Assembly (NCBI GenBank): GCA_918797485.1
Contig: CAKKNE010000002.1
Location: forward strand, 3,162,001 to 3,226,000
Direction of reading: 5' to 3'
Source of the DNA: Pelagomonas calceolata
Lineage: Eukaryota
DNA: 64,000 bases
The notes under the pieces are model-generated. The model ran no database searches. It saw only the letters and a list, made by a program, of their open reading frames with translations, and had not been told where the DNA came from. The position numbers and the translations under genes are program-made. This document shows positions 10,982-26,100 of this stretch, in pieces (position 1 is the first letter of the stretch; every line of letters begins with the position of its first letter).

Positions 10982-11005
10982 GCTAGCGGTCTGTAAGACA
11001 CTAGC
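10982..11005 (+). promoter_or_regulatory. Upstream CTAG-box motif
   Basis: GCTAGCGGTCTGTAAGACACTAGC, between divergent bL36 and dynein-like genes. Confidence 0.7.
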
Positions 11006-11176
11006 AATTTTAGCGCCCCGGCAGCCCGAGGCAACTGCGGGCCAGCCAAGCACCCAATTGAGCTGGTGGGCGCTGTAGCTCACGCAGGGTAGCCTCCGGG
11101 CAGCCTGCGCCCCCACTCGCACTCAGGCGGAAGGCCTGTGCGCCCACACAGAATCACTTGGGAGAGCTGCCCAGCA

Positions 11177-14100
11177 ATGGACACGACCATGCGGTCGCAG
11201 TCGGCCGACGGCCCGCGAAAACTGCCCAGACTCGAACCCGCGGACGTGCTCACGGCCACCTTCCCGCACCTGAAGCGCTCCGCGGCGGTCGAAGCACTAG
11301 CGAACTCACCTCCGTCCTCGCCCGTCACCAAGGGCGAGAAGAAAGTTTTTAGACCGACAGCAACCGCAGCGGCAGCCTTGACGAACGAGACGGGCACGGA
11401 CACGGTCAAGTTCTTCGCCAAGGCCGGTTCAAAACACCCTACAAAATTTGTCTGTTTAGTCGGCGAGGACGGCCTACGAAGGGAAGCGGCTGAAAGAGCA
11501 GCAATGTACGAGGCCATTGCCGCGAAGGCCGCGGAGTCACGTCTGTTCAAGGGCGAGAAGCCGTTACCTCCCAAGAAGCTGACACCTTTACCTGTTACTC
11601 AGAAAGACGTGAGAGATAGAGTAGTGCAGGACTTCCAGCCCTACAACCTGCGGAAGGTCAATTTGATCCAGTCCGAGGCCGCCGCCAAGAAACACCACAA
11701 AATTTATAGTATGACGGCGACCGCGTTGGTGCAACTCCAACCGGGACCCGGCCAAGCGTTAAAATTGCAAGATTGGGCCTGGGCCAAGTCCTGCTTTAAA
11801 GTACTTAGAGAGTCATTTAAGATCTTCCGGTACGCTCGCGAATTACGATTATTATATAGATGGAAGCTCTTTACCCGGAGAAGCATCCACGAACGACTGA
11901 AACAAAATTTCGAAAAGAAGTGTTTGTTAGCGCGCATGTCCTTCGTGGAGCCCATTTTGGAAATCATGGCGGCGGCGCGGGAAGCGCGGCAGGTGGAACT
12001 GTTGGATCTGACGGGTAAGCGAGCTCCATTGATAGACGCCCCACCACGATCACCATCACAAGACATCGAAGACCGGGATTTTGAACAAGAACCGGAGACG
12101 TATCGGGACAAGGACGCGGTCTTTGAACGAGGTGTCGACCGGCAGACCATGCACCTGTGCCCCGTCGCGCGCGCGCGGAAGAAAGCGCTTAGGTTAGAGG
12201 ATGAGGTAAAGACCATGAAAGAAGCCCCGCCTCTACAAATATCGGACCCGTCCGACGGCCAGCCTTTAGTCGGTCCGTCCATGGCGTCGCCTACGAAATC
12301 GAGGGATGCGGTGGCGTCCGAGGCCTATGTGGCCCGAGCCTTGGAATTGGATGTCTTTGAACGCGCCCAGGAGCTCGCTCGAGACGACGGGACCGCTATT
12401 CTGGAGAGGTGTGTGCATCGCGCGGCGGACGCCGTCCAGAAAGCGCGGGACAACGCGCATACACTTGTGGAGCGCGATGATGCCATAAAAATTAAGGCTG
12501 AGGAACAACGGCTCCTAGACCAGGCGGGCGGCGTCGACGCTACCGACGGCCAGCAGTTCCGGAAGGACTTGTCGATGGCCGAGGAGCGGCAGATTGTTGA
12601 TGAAAGAAAGGCACTTGTAAGAAGAGAACGCGAGGAGCGGGTGCTCGTTGGCACGTTGGCGGAACTCGCGGACTGCGTCTTGGTGGCTTCGTTATCTCAA
12701 GCTTGTTTAACAGCAACAAAAGCTTTCAGAGACCGTTTAGATATCGCGCGATCCACGAAGCAAGGTCTGTTCGAGGTGCACGTCTCGTTCACGACGACTA
12801 GTGTAGAGCCGCCACTACCGCCGGCGCGAGGATTGGCACAACCGACGTTGTTCCCTTCATTAGAATTATTAGCACCGGTCGACGAGGAGAAGAAACGTAA
12901 AGCGAAGGAGGAGCCGCTGCGGACGGAACTAGAATGGCGCGGCAAAGCAAACAACGTCACAGATTCACAAATTAGCGAGGCGAACGACGGCGCCGACATC
13001 CTGAAAGGCGTTTCTGATGTACAATCTGACCTAGAAGATGATCAAAAAGCAGCTATTCTATGTAGAGGTATGGGGGGTACAAAATACACGCCTGAACCTT
13101 CAGATGTGCAGCACGCGGCAGAACATGTCCTCCATCAAGCTATAGATGATGTTGACGCTTTATTAAGAATCACGGCGATGTGGCCCTTTTGTGACGACGT
13201 CGAAGCTTCAAAGGCGGGAGATGAAGAATGGCGCCGATCGCTCAAAGCGAACCACGCTGCTGACATTTGTCGGAATCGGTGGCTGCGCGCGGCCGAAGAC
13301 ATCCAGGAGGTCAAATCCCAAGAAGCGGAGGTGCGGAGCCAGATGAGCGCGGACTCGCCGACAGCCCCTTCGACGACGATGACCGACGTCACGCTGCCGC
13401 ACCACGGCTTGGTCAAGGCCATCGTGCTTGCCGATAGTGGGTTTCAAGATGATTCTCGCGTCATCCTCAAGGAGATCCTGCAATCGTTTGCTGAATGTGA
13501 CGAGTTTGTTATTTCATTGGATCCGGTGCGGTCGATCGTCGATACGATACCAGCTGTGGCGGCCCATACCCCATCGGAAGGTGCAATATTTGGTGAATCC
13601 TTACAACGGTACGGGAAGAACCCGAAGTGCTGGCGGTTGCTGGCCGTCGCGGCGTCCGTGGATGCGCGCGCGGTGTTCCGGGACGCGTCGCGCATGGAGC
13701 GGTGGCGTTTGGAATTATCTAAAATTGCGGCCAAGGGCTATTGTGGTGCGGTCGAGTGTAGCACAAGAGGTCTCCGGCGCGATCTCGCGACGCAAGCGCG
13801 CCTGAAAAGAGCAGCGGCTAGGGCATCGGCGAGACGTGTGTGTCGAGGCCACGCCGTCGCTGCATTAGCGGCGGCTCGAAGCTTCAGAAGTTTATTAGAG
13901 GACCAGCCCCATCCGTTGCGAGCGTACGCGAGGCACGCGGCCCACGTCACGTCCTGTCGAGCCTTTGGCCTGCCCGCGCTCGAGGTCCTCGAGAAAAGTG
14001 TGAGGCGGATCCACCAGGTCACGAGAAGGGCCTCACTCCTAGAAGACGGTTTTGATCTCGGCGTGCCCGGCGAGGACAAACCTATTAATAGGGAACGCAA

Positions 14101-17100
14101 AGCCGCGGCGCTCGAGCGGGTCCAGCACGTCCTCGGCGATGATGGTCATGACATCACCTTCGAGGCCGAGAAATGTCTGAGATTGCTCGACGAAGAATTG
14201 AACCTGAGACCGGGTGCCCAGAAGGCGCATGCTACTTGGTTAGTACAAAGACTGGAAAGTGCACATGACGAGGTCGACGAATTGGTGTCGAAGTGCCGGG
14301 GCCAGGCCCGAGCGGTAGCAAGAGCCTTGTCCGGACCGCGCTTCTGTGCCGCCGACGTCGAGAGGTACCAGCAGCCGATGCAGGTGCTGGACGACGTCGA
14401 CGGCCAGGGGCGGAAGCTCAATGCAGCTGAGGACGGCAGAAAAAAGCTTCAACATCTAAGGAGGCTGTTAGATTTCTTAAAGCTGAAGGATGGTATTGTT
14501 CCGGAGCCGCTACCTCGAGGTGTGGACCGGGAAATTGCGGGCGACGCGAGGGCTGCTCGGGCCTTCATGGGACGAAGTCAACTGCTCTGGACCATGGTCG
14601 CGCGCTGGGCCCAGGTCTATGATACGTGGGTGTCCTCACCTTTGACAGCGTTTGACGGCACGGAGATGGATGCTGAATCAAGGCTGTTCGCGTCCGAGTC
14701 CCAAGATCTGGAAGCGAGGCTGTTCGAGCCCCCTAGCATAGACGAGGACTACTATTTAACGATAGAACGGCGGAGCGTCCCGGGCGACGTTACGCAAATC
14801 GGACGGCCCGACAAGAAGGCCGACGAGGCCTTCCACGCGCGCGGCGGCGGCGCGGCCCAGCGACTGGTGAGGGAAACGCGCCAGTTTAGGGAATTAGCCC
14901 CGGTCATTCTAGATCTGAAGAACCCGAATTTCAAGCAAAGGCATTGGTCTCGTGTGGCGAAGTTGTTAGTACCATCAGCACAAGTTCCCATCAAGATCAA
15001 TCCGCACGAAACTTCATTGGGGGATTTGCTCGACATCGGCGTGGAGAAGCACGCCCAGCAGGTGTCGCAGATCGCCAGGGACGCGACGGCCGAAGCTCGC
15101 ATAGAAGCGTCAGTGAAGAACATGGCCGACGCTTGGAGATCTGCGGAGGTTCCGGTCATTGCCATCCCTCAAGGGGATGATTGCGATACGGATGATGAGG
15201 ATGAACATACCTACGAACTCGGGCCGTTAGATGAACTACACGCATTGTGTAGCGACCACCGGGCGGCGCTGCGGGCCGTAGCATTAGGTTCTCATGGTGA
15301 GTCGTTAGCACCATTGATCTCGGCGTGGAGAAGAAGACTCGATCGACTCGCGGAGGCCATGGGCGTCGCCGATAGTTTAGAGCGCAAGTTGAGGGTCCTG
15401 GGACCCACGCTGGCAGGCGAGAAAGACGGAGCTCTCAAACACGCCTACCACCGCTACCGAAGCGTCGATAAGCGGTGGCGATTGTTCTTAAAGTCGTTGT
15501 ACGCGAAACCGCTACCGGAACGCTTTATTACGGACGAAGGTGAGAGATCGGACACCTCCAAAAAAAGGGTTGAGGAACACGTCTCCAAAGAAGATAGACT
15601 AGCCTTCGAGATCCCGGACGAGCCGTCAGATGCAAAACTAAACCGGTGGCGCGACGACGCCGTCATTCTGGATGACTTGCGGGATGAGCTCAAAACACAT
15701 TTAGAAGAAAAACGAGAAGCGTTCCCTAGATTTTACTACTTGACGGATCTAGAGCTCGTCACGGCCTTAGGCAACTTACGTAATAGAGGCTCGGAAACGC
15801 TGAGGTATGTGGTCCTGGCCTTGCCGCAGTTGTTCGACGGCGTGCGGACCGTGGACCGAGCTGTCGAGAATGAAGATGACGACGCGTCGATCGGTTCCCT
15901 GGGGTCGCAGCCGCCACCCAAAGGTCGAAGGCCGCAACTCATCGGAAGTCTGGTGGACACGCACAAGGAGCGACTCGTATTATTGAAACCGGTTCGCGTC
16001 TGGCGCGGTGTGGAAGTGTGGTTGTCAAATCTAGAAAAAGAGATGCGCCACGCTCTCAGGGCGTCCTTCGCCGAAGCCAAGTCCTCCAAGCGAAGCAAGA
16101 AGGTGACGACCTGCGCCCAGGTCGCTTTGCTCGTTCAACGGGTCAAGTGGACGCGCGACGTTGAGTTCGCCATCGACGCGTCCCTGAAAAGAAATGACCT
16201 CAGCGCCTGGGACGACCTGGCTGCTACGTACAAGCAGGACGCCAAGGAGAAGGCTGAGATATTACGCAGTCCGCATGTGGCCGACGACGTCTCGAGGGCT
16301 GCGCGATCGAAGAACGAAGTTTTGTTACTCGTCGCGCTGCAGCACAGAGAGTGCATCACGTCCCTGAAAGAATACGCTCAACATATCAAGAGTGATCAAG
16401 ACTGGTGCTGGCAATCATTGTTAAGGTTCTACGCGACTGATAAAAAGAAGAAGAAGAAGGCTGATGATGAAGACGAGGACGACCCTCTGACGTTGGATGC
16501 ACATGCCAAGCAAACGGACTTCATCACGCCGATCAATTTGGAGTACGTCGGTTCTTGGCGACGGACCGTGTGGACGCCGCTCGCCGGGAGATGTGTCCTA
16601 GGCTTGACGGCCGCATTAAAAGCAATTAGGGGAGCGTGCGTCGTGGGCGGCCACGGCTGCGGGAAGCGGGAACTCGTGGCTAATTTAGCCACGGAGCTGT
16701 GGGCTAGATGTGTGGTGAGAGAACCTTCCCATTTCGGCGTGGCGTGCGACGGGGAAAGTCTCGCGCGGGCGGTAGGCCACCTCTTCGCCGGGACAGCCGC
16801 GACGGGCGCCTGGTTCGTCCTCGCTCTTGGTAGTTTGCAGCACCGGCCCGGTGGTTCTGACCTTGTTAGATCTTTACTGAAAGCTGTGGCAGCAAATCTC
16901 GAAGTGTTCGCAGGGGCGGTAGCGAAGAAAGCCGAGACCGTGTCGTTCGCCGGACGGGCCGTGCCGTTGCCTTCGATCAAGTTAAGGCCCGGACAACTAG
17001 CGCCTTTGCCGCCGTTAGTTTGCGTCACACTAGGAGACGGCGAGGCGTCGCGGGCCCTGGACCACGGGCTCGCGCTGTCCTTGCGACCCGTTCGATTAGC

Positions 17101-20100
17101 CTCACCGGACATTTCGAGAGTTGTTTGTGGTGGCTTGATCGCGCGGGGCTTCCACACTTCTGAAGCTTTACAAGCGGGCTCAGATATCTCAGTAGCATTA
17201 CAATTATGTCTAGATGCGGAGCTCGGAGAAAAGCCGGAAGACGGCCACCCGCGGCGGCACCATCTGCTGGCGCGGTGGGGCATGCGGAGCGCGTTGATGG
17301 TCGTGCGGGAGGCGGAGCGGTTACGGGAAACGGGCGAAGAGGAGCGCGTCTGCATTTGCCGAGCGGCTCGTAGACTATTACCGCGGGCGTTACGCGGATC
17401 TACTGATGACGAGACAGCCACCTTAGCTATTGTAGATAGTGTCATGGGTTCAAGTGATGACCGCGACGACGACGACGGCGACGCTACTTCCCAAACCTAC
17501 TCCTTCATCGAAAAGGCCTTTATGGAAGCGTGCGGCGGCCGCCCTTCATTTTTACAGTCGCAGTGCGCCGCTCGGTTGCTAGCCGCGACGCAGGTCGGCA
17601 TGGGCGTCGCGCTCGTCGGGCCGGCCGGCTGCGGCAAATCTCTATGTATCCACGCGGCGGCGAACGCGGACGCGACGAAGACTGTGGTAGCTTCGGTCGC
17701 GCCGGGGGCTTTACCGCTGGAGGACTGCTTCGGGACCGCCAGTGGTTCGCAAGGCTGCGTGCTTTCTCGATTGGTGAAGCTCGCCGAGCGGCGGCGGCGG
17801 AAAGTGGGCGGCGACGCCTGGATCGTCTGCGACGGGCCCCTCGAGGCGTGCTGGACGGAGGCGCTCGCCGCATCGATTAGTAGTCTGACGGCCAAGGCCG
17901 TGGCGGCGGAGTTGGCTGGTTCCAGTAAAGTTGCGGTGCGGATATTGATCGAGACGGACGCGTTGGGCCACGCGTCGCCGGCGACGGTGGGCCGCCTGGG
18001 CGTCGTTTGTTTGCCGTCGTTTCGGGAAGATGCGAATCAGGCGATCGAGCGGGCGCGCGCGTTCTGTTCCCGTAATTTACGAGGAACGATGAAGGACGCG
18101 GTCGATGCCTGCCTGCAACAATATTGTCCCCTCAATGCCGCACTCGCGGTCGCGTCGAAGGTCGACGCCTGGTTGGATAGAGGCGGCGCGTACCCCTTTT
18201 CAGACACGGCGACCAGCTCTCCTTCCGAAGATGACATGAGGCGCACGCAGGGTTTTGCTACACTGGTCTGCGCCTTACTCGAAAAGGACGTCGATTCCAC
18301 TGATCTCGTAGCAGTGCGCGTCGCCGTCGCCTGGGCCCTCGCCTGGGGCGTGTTGGGACGAGCTCTGGCTTGCGGCGAGACCGACGACGTCCAAGAGCCC
18401 ATCCACAAAGACTGTAGCGCGTGGTTACATGAACATGTCAATGCGGGCGACGACAAGCGCATCGAGGAGGCCTGTGCCGGCCCGGCGCCGCGGCCGGACC
18501 TCCAGATGTTCGCTCCCTGGTCGGCTCTAGCCGACCTCAGGAGAGAGGCGGCCGAGGCGAAGCGGCTGAAGGCGACGCACGTAGTCTCATCATACGTGGT
18601 CGCGCCGACGCCGCGTCTAGAACGGGCCGTGTTTGTGGGAAGGTGTTTTCTGCGAGGCATGCGCGGCGGCGTCTGTTGCATCGAAGGCGTTGCTGGCACT
18701 GGAAGGACCACCATAACGGAGGCGCTCTGTTCTAGAGAGAGGCACAACGTCAAGAAAGTGCACTGCCACGCCACGACAACGTCGACCGGGTCATTATTAA
18801 AAAGGATGCTGGCCCAGTTCACTCAAATAAGGAAGCAGCCCTACGCGGATGAAGATGACGATGGGTCATTGGAACGGGACGCTATCATTGGTCCCCAACA
18901 ACGGCAGAAACTTCTGTTGGTGGTTGATGATTGTTCCTTACCTCAACAAACGTCGGAGAGCGACTCCATCACCAGAGAACGGCACGGCGGTTTAGATGAG
19001 ACCTTACGGGCCTTGCTGGACCGGGGCGCGTGGCACGATAATATGAAAGACGAGCCGGCGGCGGCCGACGCGTCGCTATCCGGTGGTTTAGTGCCTCCTG
19101 TGTTACGTCATGTCAGTGATGTATTGGCATTGGTGGTAGCCAGGCCGAACGAGCTCAGTGCCCGACTGAGGCGCCATTTGCCCTCCATACCACTCATGCG
19201 GCCGGGGACCCAAGAATTAGCCACGGTCTTCACGGATTGCATACGCGCGGCGCATCCTGATTTTGAGAATAAGTCAGGCGACCTGGCCAAAGCATCTCTA
19301 GCGTGCGCGAGCGTCTACAAACGCTTGTCCGAGGACCCCGACGCGCCATCAAGCTTGCCTCCGGCCTTATGTCTCGCGGCTCGCATCGCACGAGGAGCTG
19401 TTTATCTAGAACCGAACCAAACCACTCTCAAATTGCGAAGAGGTTTGGCCCATGAGCTCCAACGAGAGCTGAGAGATGGATTACCCTTCGCGATGCGCGA
19501 CGATTATGATGAGGCTGTGAAACTAGAAGGCTTGCTCGCGAAGGAAGACAGGATTGTGGTCAATAACAATGGTTGGTCCTACGCGGACCGCGCCGACGGC
19601 CTGCCAAAATTAGAGTCAAGGTTAGCCCAGAAGAAGCTCGAGGCGGCCATGACCGACGACGCGAGAGCCTCGATGACGAAGAAGGGCATCTCGCACGCGC
19701 GGCACGCGCACGCCGCGGATGTTTTTGACGACGACGAGGACGAGCACGGCCCGCCGTCCATTGAACGCTTCGCGGCGCACTACCAGCGCAACTTTGACGA
19801 TGCTCGCGAAGTTAAAGGTTTACCTGCTTCTCCGCTAGCTCCTTTGGAGAAGGGCACGGGCCACGCCGTGCACATCACCCGAGCGTGCCGGGCTTTGGCG
19901 CGGGAAGGCGTGCCCCTGGTGCAGGCCGGGGTTCGCGGGGTTGGTCGACGTTCTGTTGCTGATGTGGCTTGCCATATTGTTGGAGTGGAGGAGATTGTGC
20001 ACGCCTCGCCGCCGCCGGTGCCGCATCACGTCGACGCGCGGCACCGCTCATCAGTAAGGGAGGGCTGCGGCCAGGTGGCCCCCCACGCCATGCACGAGGA

Positions 20101-23100
20101 CGAGGACGAGGACTTCAAGGACCCGGACCAGATCTGGAACGATTTGCTAAGGGAGGCTATCTTAGATGCTGGTCGAAATAGGAAAATATGCATCATTCTC
20201 AGTGACGGCCAGTGGGCCCACTCCGCCATCACCGCGCGGCGACTAGACGATGTCCTCTCAGCGCTGCAGACGGGCACGGTCGCGAACCCGTTGGTCGTGT
20301 GGCCAGAAGATGAGGCAAAAATTGTGAGTGATTACTTGAATTCGAAGCAGGAGGACAAGGATGATCATGGAGGCGACACGACGACGGCGGCCTTGACAGC
20401 GTTCCGGGACCGCGTCAAGCGATCTCTGAGAGTTGTGGTCAACGTCGCGCCGGACGACGCGTTCGGGCGCGGCGCGGCTCATGATGCCGCCACGCAAGCC
20501 TTGAAACGACTGCTGCCTCATGCTACACTGAATTTGTATCATAAAATAGAGGGTGAGAAAGCATTGGTAAGTCTCGCGGAACGATGCCTGGGTTGTGGTA
20601 GGGAATGGAGATTAGCAGCACCGGAATCGGAGCCGCTCGTGGCCTGGCTGGTGCGGCACGGCGACGACCCGCGCTACGCGTTGCGGGACGACGCGGATCC
20701 TGATTTAGCCCCTTCGTTAGAAGGCTACGCCCAGCGGTGCGCCAATGAATTGCGAACTCATCTTTCTTCCCTAAGGTGTGTGAGAGCCTTTGCGCGCAAG
20801 GACGGGTTCAAGGTCCGACGCATACAAAGGCACTGGAGGAGAGCCAAGGACCACTCCTTCCGCCACCTGAACCTCATGGGCAAACTTACGGAGATGCGGA
20901 AAGCCGCGGACCTTGTAAGAATGCGCGGCGCCGCCTCGCAGCGAAGCGAAGCGGCTTTGGTGTGTGTCAAGACGTTTTTGGCGCGGCAGGAGGCGCCGAA
21001 CGTGCCTCCACCCTCGTTAATTGCTCTTAGATCGCAACTCGCTTTAACTGCTAGGATCGCCATGATCCGCGGAACACGGCTGCGAGCTGTGGAGAATAGA
21101 GTCGCCACGGCTCTGGACAAACTCAAACAAAGCCGGATCCAGGCCGAATACTTGAGGCTCGAGAGCGTGGCATCGCAAGCCATTGCCGACGCTCGGTACG
21201 AGGAATCGCAAGTGATGCAGGTCTTACTAAATAAGTGCGCCGATGGGGTGGATGACGCCCTGGCGAAGATGAATCGACAAGAATCTATCAAGAAGCGGAC
21301 TTTAGACGCGCGCCAGCGCATGTTACGGGCCCACATGAAGACGCTCGGTACCGCGACGTTAGAACAGCTCGAGACGTCGACCGCTCAAATCATAAAACAC
21401 GCGCCCTGCGACCCGACGGTGAATGGGGGCGAGATGCCCCACGCCAAGGCCATCCAGCGCTGTTTGGAAGCTCTCTCGGCGTTTCTGCTGGACGAGGAAC
21501 CTAGGGCCCAAAAGGGCTGGGACTCGTTTACGTCGACCACGTTCCCAGCAACCATGCGGAGCTGGTTCAACCAGGCGTGCAAGGCCGCCGCGGGCCAGTT
21601 CGACGCTGGTGTTACCAAAAGACTAAAAGCGTGGAAGAAGGGTATCGGGTACGCTGAAAGAATCATGAACGACCCCGCGTTGGCCCCGTCACAAATCAGA
21701 AAAATGTCGACGGCGGGCCACCAGGTCGGCATCCCCGTCAGCGTGTTTGTCAGGGCGGGCTGCGCGTTCTTTCGAGCCGCTTCTTCTCCACCTTCGCTCG
21801 CGGCGTGGGCGACGGCGTGCGACGCGTGCAAGGCTGATGATGATGCCCAGCATGATTTAGATGTTTGTAGGGACGGTCATCATACGTCAGAAACAGCTCG
21901 AGACGCCGCGCAGTACTTATTAGATGAATCTAGGCGAGTGTCGTCAGAATGCTCGACGCACGCCACAGATTTAGTCAACAGGCACACGGCCGCTTTAGCG
22001 CGCTTCGGCGAATTGGAGTCCACAAGATGGCGCTGGGACGGGCGCAACGCCTGGCTCGCGGCGCACCACGCCCACCTGAACCACGAGGCCGCTTGTGCGG
22101 CCGCGGTCGCGTCGTTCGCGGGGGGGCTGCCTTCAGCGGAAAATGCGCGGAAGAATTTTGTCGATGAGGTCCGAAAGCTGTGTGCTGTCTTCCCGTCGTC
22201 GCTGGAAGTCCACGCCTCGCTCCACGTCCAAGTGCCGCGGAGCTCCATGAAGGCCCTTGCACCCTTGTCGGACGACGACGTCTGCGACATCGGGGGGCAG
22301 GGCGAGGGCGGGTCCGCTTTTAGGAGATGGGACAACCAAGGTTTATTACCAGGAGGCATCGAGGGGGCCGTGGCCTTTGGCGCCGCCGCCGTCGAGGCTG
22401 AAAGGAGCAGAGTGGTCGTCATGTGCGATTCCTTGGGAGACGGGGCGCGGTGGCTCTGTGCATCGTATTGTCGGGCCCGACCGAAACCTGGTCAGAGGTC
22501 CCTCTGCCGCGTCTTCGTGGATCGAGGGGGAGGTGCCTCGGTTATACCGTGCCATGCGACGGGCGAACAGTTGAGACGTCCGGTGTCGCCGACAAGAGCT
22601 GCAGCTCGCAAAGCGGAGGAAGCCCGAGAAACGGCGCCTCCCTTAGTATTGGCGCTGCGCGAGGCTGTGAAAGGCGACCCCGATGTTATTTTAGTAGACC
22701 TGCCGGACGCGTGTTTACAAAAGGGTTTGTTGAGAGAGCTCCTGGAGCCCCTCGAACCTCTACTAAGGGCGCGGCACGATTCGGTACGAGTGGCGACGGC
22801 GCGCGCGCCGCTGGCGCGTTGTTTGCGCATGGTCTACGGCCCCGCGTCCTCCGCGCCGGAGCCCGTCGCGCCGACGGGCGGGCCGCGCTTAGTTTTTAGA
22901 ATTGCGGCCCCGGCCGGCGCCGTGCAGTCTGCATTGGGGACGCCGGCGAACGACTGTCGACATGCGCTCTCATTGGTCGACTTCGCGCCGGAGCTTGAAG
23001 AAGCGGCTCAGCGCCTCGCGGCCTTTGGGTTGATCGGGGTGGATGACGGGCCGTTCGTGGGCGCCTACGATAAAGCTGCGGAATTCAGAGATAAGGCCTT

Positions 23101-26100
23101 CCTGGCCGCTTTGGCTGCGAGAGATGATGATGATGACGTCCTCGACATCGCGATCGACATGGACCCCAAGGCTTTATGTGCGGCCGCTCCGAAGCCTCCC
23201 AAGGGCAAGTCGGCGTCGTCGGCGCAATTTAAGTTGCAAGCCAAACAGAACGCGCCGAAGATCGTCGCCGCGGCGCGGCGCCGGAGCGGCGTTGAAAGAA
23301 GGGCGGTCCAGGCCGACGAGAAGTTCCAGAAAGCTAGGTTGCACGTCGAGGAGGGTGAAAAGGCGCTCTTACCGCTCGCTAGAACGTACGCGCAGGTCGT
23401 CGCGGCCTGCGACGGCGTCTGCGGGCCCGGGGCCTACAACGCCGCGGCGCAGCGCGCGCGGCGCGCGACGGCGCCCTTCGCCGACCACCTTCTCAGATTC
23501 GCGGCCGTGGCCAAGTTCTTGGAGACGGACGACGCGACCTGGTCGGAGACGGACGCCGCGGAGGCACGCCGCGCGGCGTTCGACCTCGAGCGGCCGCGGT
23601 TGCTGGCGGCGGACGTCGCGCCCGTGGCGCTTGCTTTGGCGCTGCGGGCGGCCGATGATAGTGACACGAAGCGCAAGCTTCTGGATCAAACGTTGGATGT
23701 ACAGGCGGTCGTCGACCGCTACCGGTCGCGCTCGAAAGATTCGCTGACGGTGCTGGCGTGGCTCGACGGTGAAGTGGTTGCCGAGGCGCCCGCGCCGGCC
23801 GCGTGCGCGCCCGCCTGCGCGCCGGCGTGCGCGCCGGCGCCCGCGCCGGCCTCGCTCGTCACGGAGGCGCCGGCGCCGGCGCGCGACCCCTGGCCCGACG
23901 CGGAGACGCGAAAGCGCCTCGCGACGACCGAGGCGGCGCTGCCCGAGCTGCGCGGGCTCTGCGAGACCATCCACGAGAATGAAGAAAAATGGCGATCCGA
24001 GACGCCGGAAGAGTATCTGGATACGGTCCCGGGCAACGCCGTGGCGAAGCTCCTCGTGCTCCGGTGCCTCCGGCCCGACCGCTTCGTCGCGGGCTGCAAG
24101 CTCCACGCGAAGCGTTGTTTAGGCGACGACGGCGCGCCGCACGTCGCCGTGCCGACGCCCGCGTCGCAGTGGCCCCCGTCGCCGAGCGAGGAGGCGGACC
24201 CGGGCACGGCCGCGGCCGTCGCGCTGCGGGTCGCGGGGGCCTGCAGGGCGGCGGCCTGCGACCGCCCCGTCCTCATCCTGCGGACGGCGGCCTGCGAGGA
24301 CGACGCCGTGGCGCTGCGGCCGGCGATCGCCGCCGCGGCGCGGCTGTGGGCCGCGCCCGAGGGGCCGCCGAACGTCGTCGAGCTGTCGCTGGGCTCGGCG
24401 TTCCGGTGCGACGCCGCCGCGACGAAGCTGGCCGAGAGCCGCGTGACGGGGTCCTGGATTTTACTAAGGCACGCGCAGCTCGCCGAGGACTGGCTGCCTT
24501 CCTTACTCGCGCAGTACGACCAGCTCGACGCCCAGGTGCTCGACCGCGCCGCGCGGTTCCGGGAGCAGGTCCAGGAATTCCTGGACGAGGGCAAGGGCGA
24601 GAAGCAGGCCGTCGCCCTGGCGACGGCGGCGGGGCCGCGCGAGGGCGTGCTGAGCGGGGGCATTACGTATGATGCGCCGGCGAAGGCGCCCCACGCGCGG
24701 CACCGGCTCATCCTGGAGATGGTCGTGCCGCCCGGTTATTCTACGGAGACGTGTCGCGCGCCGCGCGACCTCGCGAAGCGTTGTATTTGTGTCGCGACGG
24801 CGCCGCCCGCGTCGCTGCGGCAGCGACTGGTCTGGGGCGTTGCGGATGGAGGCGGCGCGCTGTCCTCGACGAAACTGTACCAGCGGTTATCGGATGAGCA
24901 GCAGCGCATGGGCTACGCCCAGGTCTTGCTGCACGCTTTGATAAGAACGCGGCGCGACTTTGGCGGCCGCGGGTTCAGCCATCGCGTGACGCCGGGGCAG
25001 GCGGCCTGGTGCGCGTGGGCTGCTTTAGCTGTGCGGCAGGCGCCGGGCGCGTCGTGCAATGCGTTAGGCGCCAAGGCCCACACGAAGGTGGACACGGAGG
25101 GCGGCCAGGACGCCTGGGGCCGGACCTTCGACGCGACGCGGGGCGAACGGCGCGGCGGCGGCAGGAAGGACGGCGACGAGCCCTGCTGGTCGCTCGGCGT
25201 CGGCGACCGGTTCCCTGCCACAAAAGACGCGCGCGCGCAATTGGCGCTGGGTGATATCAATGCGGCCTATGCGAACATCGACCACGCGCGCCTGAGCCGC
25301 GCCGAGCGCTGCGACTCCGCGGTGTCGGCCGCGCTCGGGCGTATTGCGTTAAAGTGCTCCGACGCGGCCGCTGCGTATCAAGTGCCCGACTGGGAGAAAG
25401 CACCAGATGCGCGCGGCCAGAAGAGCTGGGACGGCGTGCTGCAGTGGATCCGGTCCCTCGACGATCGAATAGATGCGCAGCTCGTGGGCTTCGGTGAAAG
25501 CGAGGCCCGGGCGGTAAATGAGTGCGAGGAACGCGCCGTGGCCGCAAGCGCCGCGCGGGCGGCGGCGACGCGCGGCGCCGTGAAGCGGTGGCGGCGCGTC
25601 CGCGCGGCCTTCGCCATCGGGCAAGACGCCAAGATGTCCGCGGCGATGGCGGCGGGGACCGTGGCCGCCGTGGCGCGCGCGTGCCGGGGCGATCCAAGCG
25701 ATACGGCCGAACCCGTGGACGAGGCGTGGGCCGCGGCGCGCCGGCGCGAGCGGACGTGCTTCGACGACCTGCTGGACCTCGTGTCGCGGACGCTCGCCGA
25801 CCGCGACGTGCGAGCGGCATTAGAAGTAGGGGAAACCCCAAAAGCGTGGGCCCGCGCGACGCGCCACGCCTCGGATGTTAGGGGAGACGCTTACTCGCGG
25901 CTCGACGGCGACGAACGGAGCGCGGCGGAGGCGGTCCCGAAGCTCAACGACTGGCTCGGCCACCTGCGCAAGGTCCGGGCCCAGTTCCGGGCCTGGCCCC
26001 GCGGCGGGCCGCCCGAGGTCGCGTGGGCGCCGGGCCTCTTCCGGCCGACCGCGTTCTTCGCCCAGATCCGGGGGCATAGCTCGGTCCTGGTCGCGTCGTC

